Origin: Thermodesulfobacteriota bacterium
GTDB lineage: Bacteria; Desulfobacterota_D; UBA1144
DNA length: 64,000 nt
Direction of reading: 5' to 3'
NCBI GenBank assembly: GCA_036340075.1
Contig: JAYYZJ010000005.1
Span: forward strand, 37,980-101,979
Position 1 is the stretch's first letter, and each line of letters opens with the position of its first letter. Position numbers and translations under genes: made by a program. A model generated the notes under the pieces. It saw nothing but the letters and a program-made list of their open reading frames with translations, made no database searches and was not told the origin of the DNA. This document shows positions 48,795-58,471 of the stretch, in pieces.

Positions 48795-49271
48795 TTATCC
48801 TCCGCATGATTCTATATTGTTCTTAGAAATATATTTCTGATGATAATCTTCTGCAAAATAATAATCTCCTGCTGGTTCTATCTGAGTAACAATATTATTA
48901 GAATCATTCTTTAAATTTAATTCATTTATAATTTCTAAAGCAATTTCCTTTTGTTCTTGATTATGGTAAAAAATCACCGATCTGTACTGCGTACCTACAT
49001 CAGGTCCTTGCCTATTTAAAGTAGTAGGATCATGAATATTAAAGAAAAAAGAGCATAGTTGATTAAAATGAATTTTTTCAGAATCGTAAACAACATTTAC
49101 TACTTCTGCGTGTCCAGTTATACCTGAGCAAACATCAAAATATGTAGGATTTTTAAATTTCCCTCCCATATATCCAACGCTGGTTTTAACAACACCATCT
49201 AAATTCATAAAATTATGCTCAACTCCCCAGAAACATCCTGCTCCAAAAGTTGCAACAGATTCAGTAGACAT
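48795..49271 (-). CDS. msrA: peptide methionine sulfoxide reductase MsrA
   Basis: GAGCFWGVE active-site motif. Confidence 0.9.
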   Translation of the reverse strand: MSTESVATFGAGCFWGVEHNFMNLDGVVKTSVGYMGGKFKNPTYFDVCSGITGHAEVVNVVYDSEKIHFNQLCSFFFNIHDPTTLNRQGPDVGTQYRSVIFYHNQEQKEIALEIINELNLKNDSNNIVTQIEPAGDYYFAEDYHQKYISKNNIESCGG

Positions 49272-49289
49272 ATTTATATTATAACTAGT

Positions 49290-51422
49290 TCAAATTATTT
49301 TTGTCAGCTCTAAACTTTCTCCCCACATTTTAATTACCATGTCTCTAATTAATTGCTTTTTCTCATTATAAAAACTAAAATCCTCAATAGAATCAGCGCT
49401 TTCTTTAGCAAGCTTTAGTATTGATAAATCTCTTTTTAAATTAGCTAAATGTAGATTCCAGAATTGTCCTGATTGTTCAACTCCAGCTCCATAGAATGCT
49501 CCCGGCCCTCTAATTTCTAGGTCTTTTTCAGAAAGAATAAATCCGTCAGATATTTCTTTAAAAATAAATAATCTTTCCAAAAACGAATCTTCTTGATTAC
49601 TTATGTTTAAAAACATGTAAGAATCTTTCACTCCTCTGCCAATTCTACCTCGCAATTGGTGCAATTGAGCCAATCCAAATCTTTCCGGATTATTGATTAT
49701 CATAAAGGTAGCATTAGGGACATCTACCCCTACTTCAATAACTGTAGTAGATACTAGTAAATCTATTTTTCTATTTTTAAAATCTCTCATTATTTTTTCT
49801 TTTTTGTCAGAACTTATTAGTCCATTCATCATTTCTAGATTAAATTTTTTAAACCTGTTATTTTTTAAATCTAAATAAGTTGTTTCTACATCAGAAAGAT
49901 TAGCAAATTCGTCTAATTTAGATTTCTTTATAATAGGACATATTACAAATCCTTGTCTTCCTTTGTTTAATTCGTCTTCTATGAATGTATAAGTTTCTTC
50001 CAAACTTTCTTTGTTTGTTATTTTGGTAATTGTTTTGCCTCTTCCTTTTGGCAAGGAATCTATTGTTGAAACATCAAATTCACTAAAAAATATTGATGAC
50101 AAAGTTCTAGGTATTGGTGTTGCAGTCATAGTTAAAATATCAGGATTATCTCCTTTTTCTGTCATAAGTTTTCTTTGCAATACGCCAAATCTATGTTGTT
50201 CGTCTATTACAATAAGACTCAAATTTTTGTATTGAACTTTTTCTTGGAATAAAGAATGTGTACCAACAATAACTTTTGCCTTTCCAGACCTTATATCTTC
50301 ATAGGCTTTCTCTTTTTCGTTCAAAGATAATGATGATTTTAATATAATAAGACTTTCTTCATCTATATACTCCTTCAAAAAATAATAATGTTGATCTGCT
50401 AATGTCTCTGTTGGTGCAATAATTGCAGATTGATAATTGTTGTCATACGAAATAGCCATGGATAACAATGCTATGATTGTTTTGCCACTACTTACATCTC
50501 CTTGCAATAACCTATTCATTTGTTTTTTTGATTTCATATCATTTATGATTTCTGACAATACTTTCTGTTGTGATTCTGTTAACTGAAATGGAAAAATATT
50601 CATTATCCTCTCTTGTAAAGAATTATTTACTTTCAGTGAATGACTCTTTCCAAGTATAATCTCTTTCGTAAAACTTCTTTCTTTCATGCCTAAACATAAA
50701 ATTAAAAATTCAAAAAAGATGATTGATCTATGCCAAATAGATGAATTTAGAGAATCATTAATGAGAAAATCACAAATCTCGTCATCATTTTTAGGCAAGT
50801 GTATATTAAGGATAGATTTAGAAATTTTTTCAAGCTTATATTTTTCTAGAAAATCCTTATCAAAAAAATCTAATGCATCTAGGTTAATATTTTTTAATAA
50901 ATCATTGATAATTTTTTGTATGCGATTCTGAGTCAAACCTTTTGTAAGTGAATAAACAGGATGTATTCTTGAGAATTTATCTAATTCTGGTTCTTTTTCT
51001 AATATAAAGTAGTTCTCCGGAGCAGGGTTAATAATCTGTAGATTTTTTGAAGATTTAGATACCTTCCCTGACAAAACAACCCAACTGTCTTCTAAGAAGT
51101 TTTCTTTTAAATATTTATATATTGGATTAAACCAGACTAATTTGAATGTCCCGGTACCGTCATCTATAACTACTTCATAGATTCGCTTTCTAGCTTTTAT
51201 TAATTCTGATTTGATTATCCTTCCTTTAATTGTTATTTCTTGATTAATAGAAATGGATGAAATGTAGCTAGTTGCTCTATAATCTTTATAATCTCTAGGA
51301 AAATAAAACAATAAATCAAGAATATTGCTTATTCCTATTCTATTAAAGATTTTGACTAGACTGGGGCCAACTCCAGGCAATGAAACTAGACTAGTATCGA
51401 GATTATATTTCTTCGGTGTCAT
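49290..51422 (-). CDS. recG: ATP-dependent DNA helicase RecG
   Basis: A wedge domain plus SF2 helicase motifs (GDVSSGKT, DEQHRFG). Confidence 0.9.
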   Translation of the reverse strand: MTPKKYNLDTSLVSLPGVGPSLVKIFNRIGISNILDLLFYFPRDYKDYRATSYISSISINQEITIKGRIIKSELIKARKRIYEVVIDDGTGTFKLVWFNPIYKYLKENFLEDSWVVLSGKVSKSSKNLQIINPAPENYFILEKEPELDKFSRIHPVYSLTKGLTQNRIQKIINDLLKNINLDALDFFDKDFLEKYKLEKISKSILNIHLPKNDDEICDFLINDSLNSSIWHRSIIFFEFLILCLGMKERSFTKEIILGKSHSLKVNNSLQERIMNIFPFQLTESQQKVLSEIINDMKSKKQMNRLLQGDVSSGKTIIALLSMAISYDNNYQSAIIAPTETLADQHYYFLKEYIDEESLIILKSSLSLNEKEKAYEDIRSGKAKVIVGTHSLFQEKVQYKNLSLIVIDEQHRFGVLQRKLMTEKGDNPDILTMTATPIPRTLSSIFFSEFDVSTIDSLPKGRGKTITKITNKESLEETYTFIEDELNKGRQGFVICPIIKKSKLDEFANLSDVETTYLDLKNNRFKKFNLEMMNGLISSDKKEKIMRDFKNRKIDLLVSTTVIEVGVDVPNATFMIINNPERFGLAQLHQLRGRIGRGVKDSYMFLNISNQEDSFLERLFIFKEISDGFILSEKDLEIRGPGAFYGAGVEQSGQFWNLHLANLKRDLSILKLAKESADSIEDFSFYNEKKQLIRDMVIKMWGESLELTKII

Positions 51423-52725
51423 TTAATGGATGTGAACCTACATTGCTATAGAAGAAACCCATATCAGAAAGTTTTTGTTCATTATATAAATTTCTCCCAT
51501 CAAAAATAACAGGATTCTTCAATAGTTCTTTTATCTTATTAAAATCTGGTTGCCTATATTCGCTCCATTCAGTGTTAATTATTAATGCATCGCAACCATC
51601 TAGTGCTTCATAATTATCGTTAAAGAAATTAATATTTTCATTAACAACTTTACTAAAATTATCTGATGCTGCTGGATCATGAGCATTTATTATTGAGCCT
51701 GACTTTATTAGGTTTTGTATTATTTCTACAGAAGGTGCTTCTCTTATGTCGTCAGTATTAGGCTTAAATGATAATCCCCAAACGGCAAATTTCTTTTTTT
51801 CTAAGTTATCAAAATAATTATTTATTTTTTCAAAAAATATTTTTCTTTGTAATATATTCACAGAATCAACTGCTTTGCACAATTGTAAATCAACTGAATT
51901 AACTTTTGCTATATTAATCAAAGCTTTAATGTCTTTTGGGAAACACGATCCACCATAACCTAAACCTGGAAAAATGAAATGTTTACCAATTCGTTGATCT
52001 TGAGACATAATTCTACGCACACTACCAACATTAGCCCCAACCTTTTCACATAGATTTGCTATCTCATTCATAAAGGAAATTCTTGTTGCTAGCATTGCAT
52101 TAGAAGCATATTTTGAAATCTCTGATGATTGAATGTCAACACATATCAATCTATCTTCTCTTCTCATAAAAGGTTCATATAATTCTTTGAGTATTTTTTC
52201 TGCCTTACTACTTTCAACACCTATAACTATCCTATCGGGAAACATAAAGTCGTTAACTGCTGAACCTTCTTTTAAGAATTCTGGATTAGAAGCGACATCA
52301 AATTCCTCTTTTGTTTTAGATTGAATTAGATTTTTAAGTAACAAAGTAGTACCAACGGGAATTGTACTCTTGGTAACTATTATTTTGTAACTATTTATGT
52401 ATTTTGATAGTTCAGTGGCAGCACTTTTAATATAGTCAAGATTGGCTGATCCGTCTTTATTAGGTGGTGTCGATACTGCTAAAAATATTATCGTGGAAGA
52501 TTCAACTGCTTCCTTATAGTTAGTAGTAAATTTAAGCCTATTCCCTTTAATGTTTCTTTCAACGATATCGGATAGGCCAGGTTCGTAAATTCCAACATTG
52601 CCCTTTTTTAGTGAATCTATCTTTTCTTTATCGATATCAAGGCAAATTACATGATTTCCTGAATCCGCAAGACATGAGCCAGTTACAAGGCCTACATAAC
52701 CTGAACCAATAACGCAAATATTCAT
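51403..52725 (-). CDS. ugd: UDP-glucose/nucleotide-sugar 6-dehydrogenase
   Basis: N-terminal NAD-binding GSGYVG and a catalytic Cys (GGSCFPKD). Confidence 0.85.
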   Translation of the reverse strand: MNICVIGSGYVGLVTGSCLADSGNHVICLDIDKEKIDSLKKGNVGIYEPGLSDIVERNIKGNRLKFTTNYKEAVESSTIIFLAVSTPPNKDGSANLDYIKSAATELSKYINSYKIIVTKSTIPVGTTLLLKNLIQSKTKEEFDVASNPEFLKEGSAVNDFMFPDRIVIGVESSKAEKILKELYEPFMRREDRLICVDIQSSEISKYASNAMLATRISFMNEIANLCEKVGANVGSVRRIMSQDQRIGKHFIFPGLGYGGSCFPKDIKALINIAKVNSVDLQLCKAVDSVNILQRKIFFEKINNYFDNLEKKKFAVWGLSFKPNTDDIREAPSVEIIQNLIKSGSIINAHDPAASDNFSKVVNENINFFNDNYEALDGCDALIINTEWSEYRQPDFNKIKELLKNPVIFDGRNLYNEQKLSDMGFFYSNVGSHPLNDTEEI

Positions 52726-52742
52726 GAATATTTTTATTATCC

Positions 52743-52763
52743 TTGATAAAGGAAATTTATCAA
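52743..52763. promoter_or_regulatory. perfect 8-bp inverted repeat TTGATAAA-ggaaa-TTTATCAA between fdxA and ugd
   Basis: Read directly from sequence. It lies ~20-40 nt upstream of the ugd start. It may be an operator or a weak terminator. Confidence 0.25.
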
Positions 52764-52793
52764 ATTGTATGAATTAATTAGATATCTCTATAT

Positions 52794-53057
52794 CTAGCTA
52801 TTCTTAACTGCTGGACTTAATCCATCAAAACTAAATTCTTTAGCTTTTTCAACAAAGCTGGCCCATTTTTCTGGAATTTCATCCTCTTGATGTATTGCTG
52901 TAACAGGACAAGGATCTACACATGCTCCACAATCAATACACTCTTCAGGGTTAATTATTAATTGATCATCAGACTCATAAATACAATCAACTGGACATGC
53001 ATCTACACAAGCCTTATCTTTTGTTCCAATACATGGTTCTGCAATAACGTACGCCAT
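52794..53057 (-). CDS. fdxA: 7Fe ferredoxin (FdxA-type, [3Fe-4S][4Fe-4S])
   Basis: MAYVIAEPCIGTKDKACVDACPVDCIY...ECIDCGACVDPCPV cysteine pattern. Confidence 0.85.
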   Translation of the reverse strand: MAYVIAEPCIGTKDKACVDACPVDCIYESDDQLIINPEECIDCGACVDPCPVTAIHQEDEIPEKWASFVEKAKEFSFDGLSPAVKNS

Positions 53058-53165
53058 AAATGACCTCCTATATTATTACAATTTACCAAATTGAGAAGGA
53101 TTAATCAAGAAAAAAAGTTAATGATATCAGTACTTTATGGATATACGAGGTCTATAATGTCTAAG

Positions 53166-53474
53166 TTAATTTATATCTGAAACTTCTTCTTTTTTCTCAA
53201 ACAAATCAACTTTTTCCTGAAGAACAGACTTTTTGTCATATTTTATATATATATAACCCAAGGCAAGGCTAGTAATAAAAAATATAGTAGCTAACCATTT
53301 AGTAAGTGTTCTTAGGAATGATGATGAATCAGCACCAAATACAGATTCAGACGAACCGCCAAACATTGAACCTAAATCGTCTGTTTTAGAAGGACCAAAC
53401 AAAACTGCAAGCACCAAAACAACTGCTACCACTCCATGAAAAACAATTAATGAGCTTTTAATAGTTTCAATCAT
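53166..53474 (-). CDS. secG: preprotein translocase subunit SecG
   Basis: Two TM helices with a Gly-rich loop (LFGPSKTDDLGSMFGGSS). Confidence 0.8.
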   Translation of the reverse strand: MIETIKSSLIVFHGVVAVVLVLAVLFGPSKTDDLGSMFGGSSESVFGADSSSFLRTLTKWLATIFFITSLALGYIYIKYDKKSVLQEKVDLFEKKEEVSDIN

Positions 53475-54235
53475 TATAAATTACCAACTTTGAATACAAT
53501 ATCACAGAATTTATCACAATCCATACTTGCATTTCCAATTAGTACTCCATCAACGTTTTCTAGTGAAGCAATAGGCTTAATATTAATCTGATTCACACTA
53601 CCTCCGTAAACTATTCTAGGTAAATTAACTGAATCTGGAAACATTAAATTTAATTCATTATGTATAAAATTATGAACCTCTTGAATATCTTCTACTCTTG
53701 CTGCTTCACCAGAACCAATTACCCAAATTGGTTCGTACCCAATCACAATTCTATCTAATTCTGTTTCTTTTATATCTCTTAAGCCTCTACGTAATTGATC
53801 AGCAATTCGATCAAAAGTTTTCTTTTGTCTTCTTTCATCAAATGTTTCACCAACACATAAAATAATATTTAATTTATTTTTAGTAGATATTAAAACTTTT
53901 TTATTAATCATTTCGTTTGTTTCGAGTAGATGTTGCCTTCTTTCTGAATGACCAATCATAGCCCAAGTACACCCGACATCTTGCAACATAAGATTAGAAA
54001 CTTCTCCAGTAAATGGGCCCGTATTTTCATAAAAAACATTTTGAGACGATAAATTAATCCTAGTATCTTTAATTAAATCTGAAACTAAACTTAAATATGG
54101 AAAAGATGGAGCTAGTATTATATCAACATTATCAACGTTTTCTAAATTCTTATCTATTTCTTTTACTAATGATATGATAGATTCAGAATCTAAATTCATC
54201 TTCCAATTGGCAAATACTATTTTTTTCTTACTCAC
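53474..54235 (-). CDS. tpiA: triosephosphate isomerase
   Basis: ANWKMN, GHSERR and the active-site GYEPIWVIGSG. Confidence 0.95.
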   Translation of the reverse strand: MSKKKIVFANWKMNLDSESIISLVKEIDKNLENVDNVDIILAPSFPYLSLVSDLIKDTRINLSSQNVFYENTGPFTGEVSNLMLQDVGCTWAMIGHSERRQHLLETNEMINKKVLISTKNKLNIILCVGETFDERRQKKTFDRIADQLRRGLRDIKETELDRIVIGYEPIWVIGSGEAARVEDIQEVHNFIHNELNLMFPDSVNLPRIVYGGSVNQINIKPIASLENVDGVLIGNASMDCDKFCDIVFKVGNL

Positions 54236-54261
54236 AGTTTTATAATAACCCTGTTTCTACC

Positions 54262-55404
54262 TTATGTATATTCTGATATATATTTGTTAAGTTTTTCTAG
54301 ACCCTCTTTTAAATTCTCCATAGAGCTTGCATAAGATAGTCTTATGTATTTATCATAGTTTGGACCAAAATCTCTACCAGGTGCTACAGCTAAACCCACT
54401 TTATCCAATATATCTAGTGATAAATCTAGAGAATTCTTTTTAAACTTTTCCATGTTGCATATAACATAAAAGGTTGAATCAGGACTATAATCAATTGGCA
54501 TCCCGATATCATCTAGTCTCTTTATTATAAAATCCCTTTTAGCTTTATAATCACTCTTCATTCTTTCGATTTCTAAATCATCAATTTCAAAAGCTCCAAT
54601 TGCTGAATGCTGTGATATTGTAGGTGCGCATATAAACATATTCTGTTGTAATTTTTGTATATTACGAATCATTGTTTTTGGGGCAATTAAGTACCCTAGC
54701 CTCCATCCTGTCATTGAATAAAATTTCGCAAAACCATTAACTATGATAGCGTCGTCTTTATAATTTAACATTGTATCTACTTTGTATTCATAATTTAGCT
54801 CTTGATAAATTTCATCTGATATTACTTTAATGCCTAAATTAGCAATTGATTTCAGAACTTCTTCACTTTGAGTAACACCTGAAGGATTTGAAGGAGAATT
54901 TATAACAATAAGCTTGGTTCTCTTTGTTATTGCTTTTCTCAATTTCTTAATATTTATTTGATAATTATCTACAGAATGAGTTGTGAACAGCTTCACTCTA
55001 CCCCCGAATATTTTAACAAGTTGTGGATAGCATGGGTAATATGGCTCAATTAATATAACTTCGTCTTTATCTTCTAATGACGAAAGCAATCCTAGAATAA
55101 TAGCTCCGGATGAACCTGTAGTAATAACAACTCTATCTTCTGAAATATTTACGCCGGTATTTTTTTTATAGTTAGCTGCTATAGCTATCCTTAAAGCTTG
55201 AAGGCCCAAGCTGTGAGTATATCTATCTTGATCATTAGATATAGCTTTAATTGCTCGATCTTTTATTGCATTATTTATTTTTTCAGTTGGTTCACCTATT
55301 TCTAAATGACTTACATTAATACCTTTTTTTTCATATTTTTGAGCTTGTTCTAATATCTCCATAACATAGAAAGGCTCTATAGCTTCTAATATGTTTGAAT
55401 TCAT
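54262..55404 (-). CDS. class I pyridoxal-phosphate-dependent aminotransferase
   Basis: KFYSMTGWRLGY PLP-Lys motif in a 380-aa protein. Confidence 0.8.
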   Translation of the reverse strand: MNSNILEAIEPFYVMEILEQAQKYEKKGINVSHLEIGEPTEKINNAIKDRAIKAISNDQDRYTHSLGLQALRIAIAANYKKNTGVNISEDRVVITTGSSGAIILGLLSSLEDKDEVILIEPYYPCYPQLVKIFGGRVKLFTTHSVDNYQINIKKLRKAITKRTKLIVINSPSNPSGVTQSEEVLKSIANLGIKVISDEIYQELNYEYKVDTMLNYKDDAIIVNGFAKFYSMTGWRLGYLIAPKTMIRNIQKLQQNMFICAPTISQHSAIGAFEIDDLEIERMKSDYKAKRDFIIKRLDDIGMPIDYSPDSTFYVICNMEKFKKNSLDLSLDILDKVGLAVAPGRDFGPNYDKYIRLSYASSMENLKEGLEKLNKYISEYT

Positions 55405-55500
55405 AGTTATATTCTATTGTAAAAAACATCAAGATAATAGTAAAAAGAATTGTTTTAGATAAATTATATAGGTATTATAAATTTTCAATTCGGAGTAGTT

Positions 55501-55791
55501 ATGTCTAGAGTTTGTGAATTAACAGGAAAAAAGTTTATGTCTGGCAATAATGTCAGCCATGCTAACAATAAGACTAAAAGAAAGTTTGATATCAATTTAC
55601 AACCCGTAAGTTTCCAAAGCGATATACTAAAAGAAACTTTCAAAATGAAAATTGCTGCTAGCACTATTAGAACAGTATCTAAACATGGTGGCCTTGATGC
55701 ATTCATAATGAAAACCGCAGAATCTAAATTGTCTGCTCAAGCATTAAAAATAAAAAGAAAAATGCTAAAGAAATTAGCACCAAAAAAATAA
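55501..55791 (+). CDS. rpmB: 50S ribosomal protein L28
   Basis: MSRVCELTGKKFMSGNNVSHANNKTKR signature. Confidence 0.85.
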   Translation: MSRVCELTGKKFMSGNNVSHANNKTKRKFDINLQPVSFQSDILKETFKMKIAASTIRTVSKHGGLDAFIMKTAESKLSAQALKIKRKMLKKLAPKK

Positions 55792-55794
55792 TAT

Positions 55795-56298
55795 TTATTT
55801 TTTAAAAGCTTTATTTATTTTTTTTAAAAATATTTCCCTTTTTATATTTGTCATTCTCTCGGGAAACAAAATTCCATCTAAATGATCATATTCATGCTGA
55901 AACACAATAGATTGCATACCATCGGTTTCAAAACTTTGCTCATTCCCATTTATATCTAAAGCGGTCATCTTAATTCTCTCATATCTATTAACATAATCAT
56001 AAAACCCTGGGATACTTAAACAGCCTTCTCTTGATTGAACTTTTCCTTCAGACATTACAAGTTTCGGATTTATAAGAACAAGATATTTATCTTCATCTTC
56101 TACAGAAAAGTCTTTACAAACAAAAATTCTTTTTAGTGCACCAATTTGTGGCGCAGAAAGACCTATTCCTTCTGAATCCACCATTGTCTTAATCATATCT
56201 TGTGAAAGATTTACTATTTCATTAGTAATTTCATCTATTTCAATACATTCCTTTTCCAGTATCGGATCAGGAAATATTTTTAATTGCAATTTTCCCAT
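55795..56298 (-). CDS. def: peptide deformylase
   Basis: GIGLSAPQIG, EGCLS and HEYDHL motifs. Confidence 0.95.
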   Translation of the reverse strand: MGKLQLKIFPDPILEKECIEIDEITNEIVNLSQDMIKTMVDSEGIGLSAPQIGALKRIFVCKDFSVEDEDKYLVLINPKLVMSEGKVQSREGCLSIPGFYDYVNRYERIKMTALDINGNEQSFETDGMQSIVFQHEYDHLDGILFPERMTNIKREIFLKKINKAFKK

Positions 56299-56303
56299 TA
56301 ATT

Positions 56304-56582
56304 CTACTTATCGTTCAACTTGTCCAATAAATCTCTACTTGGCCTATAAAGTGGTAAGACTTTCTCAGGAACTACTATACTTTCTCCAGTTTTTGGATTT
56401 CGTCCTTTGTAAGATTTATATTTCTTTGGATAGAAACTGCCAAAACCTCTTATCTCAACTCTAGTATTATTCGAAATAGCATCGGACATAGATGATATTA
56501 TTAAGTCGACTATTTGATGAGATAAATTCTTTTCTAACTTAAAAGCTTTAGTCATTTCATCTTCGATTTCTGATCTAAGCAT
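56304..56582 (-). CDS. integration host factor / HU family DNA-binding protein
   Basis: The beta-arm signature RGFGSF...GRNPKTGE.I.VP....P. Confidence 0.8.
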   Translation of the reverse strand: MLRSEIEDEMTKAFKLEKNLSHQIVDLIISSMSDAISNNTRVEIRGFGSFYPKKYKSYKGRNPKTGESIVVPEKVLPLYRPSRDLLDKLNDK

Positions 56583-56628
56583 AATTTATATTATAAATTC
56601 TATATGAAAAAAGCAAATTAAAGTAATT

Positions 56629-56701
56629 TACCCCAGATAGGATTCGAACCTACGACTCTATGTTTAGGAAACATATACTCTATCCACTGAGTTACTGGGG
56701 C
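56629..56701 (-). tRNA. tRNA-Arg (anticodon CCU)
   Basis: Minus strand reads GCCCCAG-UA-ACUC-AGUGGAU-AGAG-U-AUAUGU-UUCCUAA-ACAUA-GAGUC-GUAGG-UUCGAAU-CCUAU-CUGGGGU-A. All four stems pair, with U33 and the T-loop UUCGAAU. No encoded CCA. Confidence 0.8.
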
Positions 56702-56752
56702 AAGGGAAATTATTATAACAGTTCTTTTGTAGGTAAAGAAAATCTATTCAAC
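56655..56752. repeat. copy 1 of a ~98-nt direct repeat (tRNA-Arg 5' half plus ~50 nt of its upstream region), ending at the MORN gene 1 stop codon
   Basis: About 93 % identical to 58284-58385 by eye. Confidence 0.75.
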
Positions 56753-57472
56753 TAATTCTCCGTTTTTCCATATACCTTCAATTTTATCACCATCTGCCCA
56801 AGTATAAGTTCCTTGACCGTGCTGCATTCCATCTTTCCATTCACCTACATATTTTGTACCATCTGCCCAAGTATGAGTTCCTTTACCGTGCATCTCTCCA
56901 TCTTTCCATTCACCTACATATTTGTCACCATCTGGAGAAGTAGCAGTTCCTTTGCCGTGCTTCTTTCCATCTTTATATTCACCTACATATTTTTCACCAT
57001 CTGAAAAAGTATAAGTTCCTTTGCCGTGTCTCTTTCCATCTTTATATTCACCTACATATTTTTCACCATCTGGATAAGTATAAGTTCCTTTGCCGTGCAT
57101 CTCTCCATCTTTCCATTCACCTACATGTTTACCACCATCTGAAAAAGTATAAGTTCCTTTGCCGTGAAACTTCGCATCTTTAAATTCACCTACATATTTT
57201 GCACCATCTGGATAAGTATAAGTTCCTTTGCCGTGTTTCTTGTCATCTTTAAATTCACCTACATATTTACCACCATCTGAATAAGTCATAGTTCCTTTGC
57301 CGTGTCTCTTTCCATCTTTAAATTCACCTACATATTTTGTACCATCTGCCCAAGTAGCAGTTCCTTCACAATTATCCCATTTATTAAAATCATCCCCTTC
57401 ACACTTAGGTAAAGAATATGAGTTGAGTGCAAACAAAAAGAAAAATAAGAGAAATAGATTTAGTGTTCTCAT
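56744..57472 (-). CDS. secreted MORN-repeat protein, paralogue 1 (8 x 23-aa repeats)
   Basis: A signal peptide, then C..C, then repeats of YVGE(F/W)KDGK.HGKGT.T..DG. The underlying DNA is a 69-bp tandem array. Confidence 0.8.
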   Translation of the reverse strand: MRTLNLFLLFFFLFALNSYSLPKCEGDDFNKWDNCEGTATWADGTKYVGEFKDGKRHGKGTMTYSDGGKYVGEFKDDKKHGKGTYTYPDGAKYVGEFKDAKFHGKGTYTFSDGGKHVGEWKDGEMHGKGTYTYPDGEKYVGEYKDGKRHGKGTYTFSDGEKYVGEYKDGKKHGKGTATSPDGDKYVGEWKDGEMHGKGTHTWADGTKYVGEWKDGMQHGQGTYTWADGDKIEGIWKNGELVE

Positions 57473-57513
57473 AAGATAATTATATCAAGAATTTGAGGTT
57501 TTTGGATGTCACT

Positions 57514-58176
57514 CTATGGAACTACTTCTCCGTTTCTCCACACTCCCCAAACTTTTCTTCCAGAATCAAAATAAGTTATATATCCTTTACCGTGCATCTT
57601 TCCATCTTTCCATTCACCTACATATTTTGAACCATTTGCCCACCTCAAAGTTCCTTTGCCGTGTCTCTTATCATCTTTCCATTCACCTACATATCTATCA
57701 CCATTTGGATAAGTCATAGTTCCTTTGCCGTGTTTGTGCCAGTTCTTAAATTTACCTACATATTTTGCACCATCTGGGTAATGCAAAGTTCCTTTGCCGT
57801 CTCTCCTATTATCTTTCCATTCACCTTCATATATGACACCGTCAGGAAAAGACAAAAAGCCTTTGCCGTGTTTTCTCCCAAATCTCCACTCACCTTCATG
57901 TTTTGAACCATCTGGATAAGTCATAGTTCCTTTGCCGTTTGGTAAGTTATCTTCAAATTCACCTACATATTGTGAACCATCTAGATAATGCAAGGTTCCT
58001 TTACCATGGAACTTGCCATCGTTCCATGCACCCGATGTGATTGTACCATCTGGATGAATCCAAGTTCCTTCGCAATTATTCCATTTAGTGGAGTCATCAC
58101 CTTTACACTTAGGTAAAGAATATGAGTTGAGTGAAAACAAAAAGAAAAATAAGAGGAATAGATTTAATGTTCTCAT
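57514..58176 (-). CDS. secreted MORN-repeat protein, paralogue 2 (about 7 repeats)
   Basis: Its signal peptide and leader are near-identical to paralogue 1, and the ~35-nt upstream leader is also duplicated. Confidence 0.8.
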   Translation of the reverse strand: MRTLNLFLLFFFLFSLNSYSLPKCKGDDSTKWNNCEGTWIHPDGTITSGAWNDGKFHGKGTLHYLDGSQYVGEFEDNLPNGKGTMTYPDGSKHEGEWRFGRKHGKGFLSFPDGVIYEGEWKDNRRDGKGTLHYPDGAKYVGKFKNWHKHGKGTMTYPNGDRYVGEWKDDKRHGKGTLRWANGSKYVGEWKDGKMHGKGYITYFDSGRKVWGVWRNGEVVP

Positions 58177-58283
58177 AAAATAATTGTATCAAAAATGTGA
58201 GTTTACGAGACGAAAAAGTTTACGTTTTGTATACGGATGATTTTGGGGGTTGCAAAAGGGTTAAAAATAGAGGGTTAAATGCC

Positions 58284-58385
58284 CACTCTTTCTTTAGGAA
58301 ACATATACTCTATCCACTGAGTTACTGGGGCAAGGGAAATTAGTATAACAGTTCTTTTTTAGGTAAGGAAAATCAATAGCTCTAC
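58284..58385. repeat. copy 2 of the tRNA-Arg 5' half plus upstream region (orphan partial tRNA), followed at 58411-58440 by a third copy of the MORN gene leader
   Basis: Contains ctttaggaaacatatactctatccactgagttactggggcaagggaaatta.tataacagttctttt.taggtaa.gaaaatc. Confidence 0.75.
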
Positions 58386-58471
58386 AAGAGACTCAATAAT
58401 AAACATAAAATAATTATATCAAAATTCTAGAATCCAGAATATAAGATATAATTTATCTGAGAGTTATATAA

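Noticed and set aside
56813-57906. Small plus-strand ORFs (56813-57004, 57297-57479, 57516-57719, 57661-57906) overlapping the MORN genes
   Set aside because: They are artefacts of the 69-bp tandem repeats read antisense. The minus-strand MORN proteins have signal peptides and regular repeats.
56797-58065. Whether the periodic 69-bp repeats are a CRISPR array
   Set aside because: The repeats are contiguous, without unique spacers. They are in frame within ORFs and encode MORN motifs.
56629-58440. Whether the tRNA-flanked MORN segment is an integrated mobile element or genomic island
   Set aside because: There is no integrase, recombinase or transposase. The duplicated part is the tRNA 5' half plus promoter, not the 3' end typical of att sites. 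The segment holds only two paralogous structural genes, so a local duplication or recombination is more parsimonious.
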